A DNA stretch of 50,115 bases from an uncultured Gammaproteobacteria bacterium (GTDB taxonomy: Bacteria > Patescibacteriota > Microgenomatia > UBA10105 > UBA927): assembly GCA_964394685.1 (NCBI GenBank), contig CAYMYO010000005.1, positions 1 to 50,115 on the forward strand, given 5' to 3'. The notes beneath the pieces are model-generated. The model saw only the letters and a list, made by a program, of their open reading frames with translations. It was not told where the DNA came from and made no database searches. Below are positions 49,201 to 50,115 of the stretch, in pieces. The position numbers and the translations under genes were made by a program. Position 1 is the stretch's first letter. The number at the start of each line of letters is the position of its first letter.

Positions 49201-50115
49201 AACACGGAAATGGAAAACGGGAAGTCCGCAGGAAATTGCCATGTGGCTCTACGAACAAATAGACCGTGTCAATCAAGAGTTGATAAACAAATTTCCCTCA
49301 CCGACAGCCGCTACTACGTTTATCGGAGCAGTAGTTATTAACGGACGGCTCTATACCATCCGTGTTGGAGATGCTGAACTCTATCGCTTACGGGCAAATG
49401 GAGCATTCGAGGAGCTTGATCCTGTAGAGCCGTTTACCGCGCAACTTCCGATACCAAACAAACCAAATGTATTTGGCATTGATCAGTCTGATCCGGACTA
49501 CAGTTCATTTCGTGGTGCTCGAATAAAATCATACCCGATACAAGCAGGCGACCGGTTTTTTGCAACCTCTGACGGATATCAGAAATATTATAAAGAAGAG
49601 AAGGGTGTTCGTCTTTCCACGATGAAGGCGATGTTGCAGGGAGATGGATTAACTCCTACTATGGCAGAAGCGCGGTTTGCAACGAGTATTGCGCAGGGAA
49701 TAGCGCGAAATAAAGGATATAAACTAGATGATACAAGCGGAATTGCGATGTTTATTGATGCGATAACCCCAACGGTTATTGGTGTGAAAGCGGTTACGAA
49801 TGTTCCGCTGATTAGCACAAATCTGAAGAATCTTACGGAAGACACGTTTACTCAACAGCTACGTGCAACCTATCTTAAAGCTCTAGAAACGCGCAAGCAA
49901 CAACGGGAGATGGAAAACGCAATACTAAAAGTTCAATCGGCATTTGATAAGCTTCGTAGAGGAGGCGTTACGATTGAAGAACTCAAATCCACAGCACAAA
50001 CCACCGGTGAGCTTGCAAAAGAAGTCAGCACGCTTCTTCTGAATGCAGTGAGAGTTCAACAGAACAAACCATATCTGGAAAGAATCCAAGATGCACTCAA
50101 ATCCACAACCGGCGG
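31274..50115 (+). CDS. Giant multidomain protein, at least 6,280 aa, 3'-truncated by the window
   Basis: The frame starting at GTG 31274 (or ATG 31349) was open in every stretch I translated. The ORF track lists no closed ORF in this frame after 31274, and recognisable domains all fall in this frame. Confidence 0.92.
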   Translation, partial: MIRRRITAAKSCLPAGRQGFIQIIPMVILAIMAISSFVIISKTKHDQQDVRSRAGITCTKKTGVSGCELKTYKIVDEVCEPEQCFTTSGSVASVVSTPKPAATQPPASTSAPSSSSSCAEDGERPTSKGCCDGLSLVSGYCTYVKAKATVAPTEALKSSVTATPKPATPTTTPDPCANLATPDLRDACRQSGSTPTPKPAVSTPVSVTSTPKPAAPTSNISSPTKTPTRAPTSTPKPPTPTSDPCANLATPDLRDACRQGKSTPTSTPKPPSPTIETTCVGVGQAPTSSKRCCAGLVVYGTTCANPLPTKAPTKIPTPTKLSTPTPTITCLYGQITGFGGVRCNEAPVYTSTTPTVSSVCQSGKYQCKTEQWGVTVSQLCENNKWITKETCGLGCDGGTGKCNVYKNECKQGDRECKNGQFRSCKQDGSWGDFIDCATKTCSGNVCAMLTSKPTSPADRVASENFIPTPTKQDSKSCKSDQIWLDNKCVDVAYAGIKSSGWTGKWCPSNQDGICSPGFPPQCTKYCPGGCTGIVGFAYCPGSLTPSPTIASAPEATPIPKPTSPVDRVTSENFIPIPSPVHALVPGDKCEKNKCQTTCEFGGKWVLFVGWVCKDKPANWIEVPTVTPMPTIANSPTPTTAPITQATGAAPKPGADLTVGAGCYNPQETNPSKRGSVKNCIEECPHEYSVGYGGVYYCSPAPTGASTSAATPKLTPTPKSPTTTPDPCDDPTMTITERAECRKKQSVSVANCAGLTDPALSMCIAAVTGTGASLQMTQTTTQVVPTGSPFKTDSQIEAVQKAFVGGSIGKQVACGISGSISIGAGNEVFGCKADGSWENLTRKGVDTSYLTKDSRPTWVVGSLTAQIVDTKAGAVPADQRITVDKAAAGVPSEESVGSIVVPTLPPMKPCGAYPAGSVVIGPVSGNNELWECALDGRWVKCPTCLLTTIPSYLNTQLAYEEYLKNRTNVSQSARQAFADSYKICVSDKSVSEASCVQRAIDGARQAQNDKALQAYADVYEKCKKENRSNCEAEAQTAAKDFGLSMVDSLKIPQSYAVYAVQNEQRQKKFDEEFNPKLISYIFCDTQEVCNQAYSTALQSCISIGGMTPAECAALIAEYKQKEKQTEAQGQCEGGGNYGDTRSATGGKTEICECKTEEQDGQLAIVPGSCGWRTAKANACGTRLEGENWVDGGYCYTCYVQDGQGVMDKQPLVSQWGGEAMRQLNKTRCSENYTAERDAYGGLVITPGKDVSIKVQTASGERTLSAGQAMCVDGKCVAAEMKNGKTEKVDVTATGASSAYSGSCPKECAVYGGRSSETMVQSGLAGKVRGYYRCSDNGRQVETVQIIDWPVEGTEKIDVKIACDSGICSAGVCVEGKQVRDASTGKSQVCGVEETCTVIDPNTSMNLSVRIIEKQDGKNTIYLQQISDTAQAEEYYKQVNQNLSESMAKGDIIDSKYIASFQDFIKENKGATFDDYIGQKQRDSIQFVKDNEKKWYDIFLNKTAAEKAFSMMTADNAKWFVDGVVSGRINTEDFSRQLDAASGCTEKELQMGDAGRKACGVRNQNKISDQATNVLINTYNQTLTTDDRVGVRNAIIQNLIAQGKSVNDDAILSYQKKQLEDAAHVNKKWGANYFSQKELDDPVIRSRIERAIPEFLEVNVADDFVSALRGETDYSSIRARYEGDSGLRAGAGFNKFLTGNYVKGLVAIEQGKDEGKDGNYGMAAYHTARGGLMIAAKPVSYAGLLIVGAVGCATTLCTSSAAIFAAAMPALGAMGTISAVGDAAAACDLSQGSGEACAKAGVNVAMSAALWHTGNLGLRGFQLAKTGTSLADDALRLGNKMVESTVAKSGATSGWQQLGALADKGAMATTRVAPLYFGYNGIDCMTQEGSNKLDCGLMIAQAGVSMMQWSKAFQTSTKLSAVGRSLDVTVDTGQAVIACAMAAASGNPSGCDQAILYSGMSSGRLAGGGKTGEAFRSAEGERVFESEYARLEDARSRVYDLYNEKGKPLDTTPEALQARKAADIALREATYRFAQEEVQVRLGLKAIGGDAANYTKAQQELMTKQAAYKTADEAYKAYKSSNADAPPKDLLNSDQFKTYNSARKQLAEAFQKSVGEQTVLKPVEFTPKNDSEQKIHDGYKAKLQDFQEFAKKTLPDDPAYRQKYFALVDAQESVMSLRQNKEQNSFTEAIKIKRDTLIQENEKIRALEEENAILSAKKSKRDIKLNAARVQEIQQELQEAYQKTRVLSSENATLAQARDEAGTTFGKIKNALGLGTTAEGTLAKTQAQIKKPTAVGNIRAMAENARAAIAEKIFGTAIEPTAFAKLVDRAVGERARNNLMLEAIGRSFGKSEIDAVTGKVTEVSLIDERGVKTTVDITGKDISTINTLKNALLGEGIFDITFSDGTVMRIAKEGAGFLSKVYMTATDANGITQAGRETNVTVKSSLRVQGELKGITKPVTLDGTEYATSADFAKAAIAKNTRYVDAIIDGKPMRLEVANGKVFISEFDATGRLQRVSGVTTKAYIDSSLLTGASKAMVDRFVTELDTYETTYLKYRQEKFTTDKANYESAHAKWVTDRDAAAASKTEFKRPEPQPPREMTSYGFYGPEQGAKNQLPFLADALLGKQTGMKGKLYEAITGIGKSSTLIPEIAILKAKMTNKPVMIILNTPQDVAQFFEAFPKDLFAKLADPNRPLTVEEFDANRPLSEKQLAAANIIVTTKDAIFESIRGPDSKPFMDKLNGAVLLADEAQMTLRLEIDYVIGQGERTTVNADSKKVFQEVYDSAFFKKMRAELGSGLDGIQKARDAGTVALVDGRGKIIDATTQETLYRELLTQSEQLAGATKDSTRVYIEEYQKTHNGSTFEDGILDFLNKTDFAGLPDSAGLRNAQVEMRKRVSVANSIINQFAQVPLTDYTVKDGRIVLAEGGAISGRTPSRASDSLALEYVGYETLKGRNPNLNVTLQPDQVTVTNSSVSTNYARFLKNFSEIYGFTGTPETVRQQFDRIYGVKLGTGGINQVDFVFGTKSTTGTFAGGDHPPASLRGATSVQDIEIRLAEIRGSRTSKSNINSDIEIIVNADRGVPSDELIVMQQKLRPDATIIVNNPNGEHYKLTAVTDSAGTTTWQRTPLNETAARAEGYASAKDMIDAEMAYVRNQKGKAVMVYEFGQHYGVDRVTLQNEAFTVLTGPDTTMTELLQAIGRDRGLNGGNASSAYSQFDIIKRGEGNDLMYLQPDQILEYASKTFIETEAAANRQAELQAVGRIAENIGFDILSRMQNAATPKSFMDKVTGRGLDPVVLDQLTRIREGLRQQAELDFSIGKSEITGKADVLEKINTVQRYLASELARIEADPNLVNSIGADGMKVLRDAVGTKVAFTEADLTLTGNGTSGGKKIAIVPYNDIKTIRDYVDQLNAVMKESDLPDTIARGKTPTQKNIEPIAAQQPATRPDLTTPASRQQAITAGQEAIRNWQADPAFVRTPADRAQVLTGLSAVRAAAAAALANVAQAQAALDALAKEAKPYQVSALPGAKFQMGDVVGTVKIESPDQLILRIPKTGGRSVTTADQTTFDFDNNTYIIAPKDYTGNQTKADVLAKGGIEVTADTQVTRQEPVNSEAAEEARTGRNSAQQAAAEAQQSQDTFENAAREDVATRLGNALSTTTDIPVTAVQAIVDYETAAAEAVTKMPEAEAQNISDPTVLDQNATVQNVRKTAVTALDAYKIVNTLTFETDTVLNSVSHPVMRAFIAAAREASEQPAAVQPEIQPAQAQKVRFSLINWWENTAKPWIVDFFKRDKAPVQTDVLEEEKQIAQRTVEELDVKRKQAETALNTAKSKEKELTDLLKKSADNSESERKKKENNTKAAAVMREETSTLLKRTMREAAMLINKQDNLSDIKPENIFSQLDYAIRSFLYQQHLSKPDYKNGVILKFKAAGLSDEDAMSIYKEFENKLYSLETFDTIKSLIISGIEFDEKDGIKEIEITEEMQQLYRLMIGDTHADPEQAEKILFEQGAITVDPKTGEWKLKDPNLILTFLGDYFDRGIKFDKEKQQFVIRPYLVQSDKWKRYARQPGLELLRRLTDLRRQAEQGGGKMILMGGNHEVLFLGAALDDINSHNFEGFGNYGKNGVDKEEVRLAKKDITGLRTMLSSMDWVVIRSGGGILQHSDTAMYAKYLFPDEHFEETADGLISESDLQRIVERVRKQGLTAQQAAGMINRNIKAIIKSGNRSQVMELALDLTKRSQFIHDKGIADLYRQLFKTNNKLAPQIIHGHNGNISHNYNNGTVINLDFHISRAYKGGDQVYKDDTIIPGLEKRTRKQEVPITQYTYRYTQPKAIEVFPNDYVFGRFAVTTKDSSAAHQAELNQVRKRIKQLETEIQDLDKSIGTAKITLDAAMKILDAQTKVNTAIAALKKEGLSLGALAVTAEMAKDAGKLGTEFAKLTGEAIKRVQDVPALEKIQNAFASAAIIPAGIVRSAIEAGDVTGIVRGAIDEARVRKAEEEVVMPKPAAVVQPGVTYAMKPFKHWLYDEVNYGETFALLTNDKKQPLYILHKDTAEKIVAARTVTYSRIFGLRYGKEVGLSPEEVAKLTSVSLSGATTFYEAQIASRDVVRGTKSAQQIKNLAKAKITVENRQENGVGVEGWAYRHVKKAIEGKPVVNKWEAWQPTLGVFKWYKDRVDAEKLTPFNDGTRNRWQQAGSTALYFLTRATGVPLFIDVGRVAKYFMENPYMVWPVVVGSIIPASVIIGSFFIAPVFQNWMLWTNSFVPWVFSSFSNISYVFFGQNGVPGLIVSGIIAGLITSLSALPTLNPVLTVRQKYVTTTQAPSQPLAEIAPVPATPAKSNIIPSTITIDPSILPTTDGIVEAGIQQYKQFIAQLPPSIATRITSHASNEIDISEYLLGAFIGIRPEDDLVLINLALSPSEKTIVEQILSEVSGGNMIVIPHGTSVGIDYSLVNLNAIERVIRKNPAAFPAEAQSNPKQWIIDNPDAWIIKGHGDNTKITRYGLVSGFSPSSIPRFVARGQVRSVLRVTNTTTGETEFKSEIQMLLGSDFPKFQQLHDNDYNVQRTTEEKAQYKALLQKIQTTLPIITNEQIDALVDEFSIQMPGSHQAGYSDADITYTKAQAEYYAYARGNIDVMSPVAPAAPAVDLPAARQKVADLLADARTYKVSDVPSTKEVNALADLKQLKDLETRLTNEIKSGIQNEFVEKTAEYRAITGVDYDKLLPVGDIVSMKAAVTLLDIAIVKKRIEIRIAANELKTKANEDSIPVTQPTGLIQKIVVSVQNNVEVLKRLEVKALLESINEVTDENRFVALYTSINPAFGLWKTYPSAVNVIQAIQTRWDAIQKVQQALPSAPVGIQSTIYNNIPGLDGSLTLMWDGTAMKAVVKDIKGAVKTSYTIPEKEYVEIKEAPGVFLRNLPFGDMPGIELSSGRYERSIEIKDSALGKTSFSFVTDSTGNIYGADGKTLIKENEYISIDGSTRYKVAFTGRGYLLKKDRVAGIKVGDKATLSDGSEMKITEKDQIFYIDGWTREQYKQAIEDKRPLRSRRFISGQNILELSTTETNPEMTVVLIRGDKHQIVTINSKITEETTQNIPLSSDQIGVTTIDPIPMKDGMRYAFYTKKEIEDKVDRALNTSDPQNYDAQASAYNRLIRPLLQGQIKMEDVEELLNQIGRKNTLNIDIPTLIKSLKTKLGISVDVVPDSALLPQQNALKTGIEVFPKLTFLQQPDGSYILRDTTGSVQKDTILTDYTEVIFSDGTKYTFRLNQDDEPYLWKEGGNEFILLTEDGMERIVNEKLPTEWAYQMGHGKSAGIQLNFDRTISSKHAVIGHTASGFYITDTDSTNGTYVNNKNILDTGNEKVILQDADVLKLGNQQFTVRIYQGNLFLQASEYVIHITEEGEVAADAKQPKKITVNMPTIAVGVGAGTAYHMKKSNSNPGSGEDYFGSGQTGIIAVADGVSARVASHSPEGSKFIVENMIPVMKQTQTRKWKTGSPQEIAMWLYEQIDRVNQELINKFPSPTAATTFIGAVVINGRLYTIRVGDAELYRLRANGAFEELDPVEPFTAQLPIPNKPNVFGIDQSDPDYSSFRGARIKSYPIQAGDRFFATSDGYQKYYKEEKGVRLSTMKAMLQGDGLTPTMAEARFATSIAQGIARNKGYKLDDTSGIAMFIDAITPTVIGVKAVTNVPLISTNLKNLTEDTFTQQLRATYLKALETRKQQREMENAILKVQSAFDKLRRGGVTIEELKSTAQTTGELAKEVSTLLLNAVRVQQNKPYLERIQDALKSTTG
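31793..32050 (+). repeat. Internal repeat DPCANLATPDLRDACRQ x2 in the giant gene
   Basis: Copies at 31793-31843 and 32000-32050 differ only at synonymous sites. A second repeat, KPTSPxDRVxSENFIP, occurs at 32627-32674 and 32951-32998. Confidence 0.9.
39100..40900 (+). other. SecA-like SF2 ATPase domain within the giant protein
   Basis: Motifs TGIGKS (39179), LLADEAQ (DEAQ at 39506), DYTVKDGRIV..SGR, NYARFLKNFSEIYGFTGTPETVRQQFDRIYGV and QAIGRDRG (about 40850). Confidence 0.8.
43214..44125 (+). other. PPP-family metallophosphoesterase domain within the giant protein
   Basis: Motifs IGDTH (GDTH at 43229), GDYFDRG (43352), GNHE (43538) and HGH (44051). Confidence 0.9.
48644..48885 (+). other. 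FHA domain within the giant protein
   Basis: Motifs DRTISSKHAVI, ITDTDSTNGTYVN and LQDADVLKLG. The canonical GR reads GH here. Confidence 0.85.
49000..49760 (+). other. PP2C/PPM-family phosphatase domain within the giant protein
   Basis: Motifs GED (49064), AVADG (VADG at 49106), ATT, VGD (49364), ATSDG (SDG at 49568) and DDTS (49727). Confidence 0.88.

Noticed and set aside
31411-49845. Dozens of short ORFs (mostly minus strand) listed in the ORF track
   Set aside because: They are shadows of the giant + strand ORF, which carries all recognisable motifs and was omitted from the track only because it has no stop in the window.
1-50115. Alternative genetic code (TGA readthrough as in Gracilibacteria/SR1)
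   Set aside because: Conserved genes translate full-length under code 11, and rho ends at TGA at its expected C-terminus.

Overview
This looks like a chromosomal window from a Patescibacteria/CPR bacterium (Microgenomates-like); this is inferred from gene content, apparent leaderless genes and repeat types. It opens with the 23S rRNA 3' end, a 5S rRNA and an interrupted second 5S fragment. Next come a thermonuclease, two TrmB regulators, rpsA, radA, a PIN/TRAM gene, a hairpin-rich intergenic region and a RelE-type toxin-antitoxin pair. A surface-glycosylation cluster follows, with a frameshifted UbiA-type gene, then an AbrB/Doc pair, rho, a four-helix-bundle gene broken by a 20-bp palindrome, an APH-like kinase, a MerR-HTH/collagen/S74 fibre-like protein, a LysM-M23 peptidase and two tRNA-Ala genes. 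The main observation is a single + strand ORF from about 31274 that runs off the window end (at least 6,280 aa) and is missing from the ORF track because it has no stop here. It reads, in order: prepilin-like leader, Cys/Pro/Thr-rich repeats, Cys-bounded hydrophobic hairpins, a SecA-like ATPase, a PPP metallophosphatase, TM helices, an FHA domain and a PP2C phosphatase. Several families of short palindromic elements are inserted into coding and RNA genes throughout the window. Domain calls come from motifs read by eye, not from database searches.
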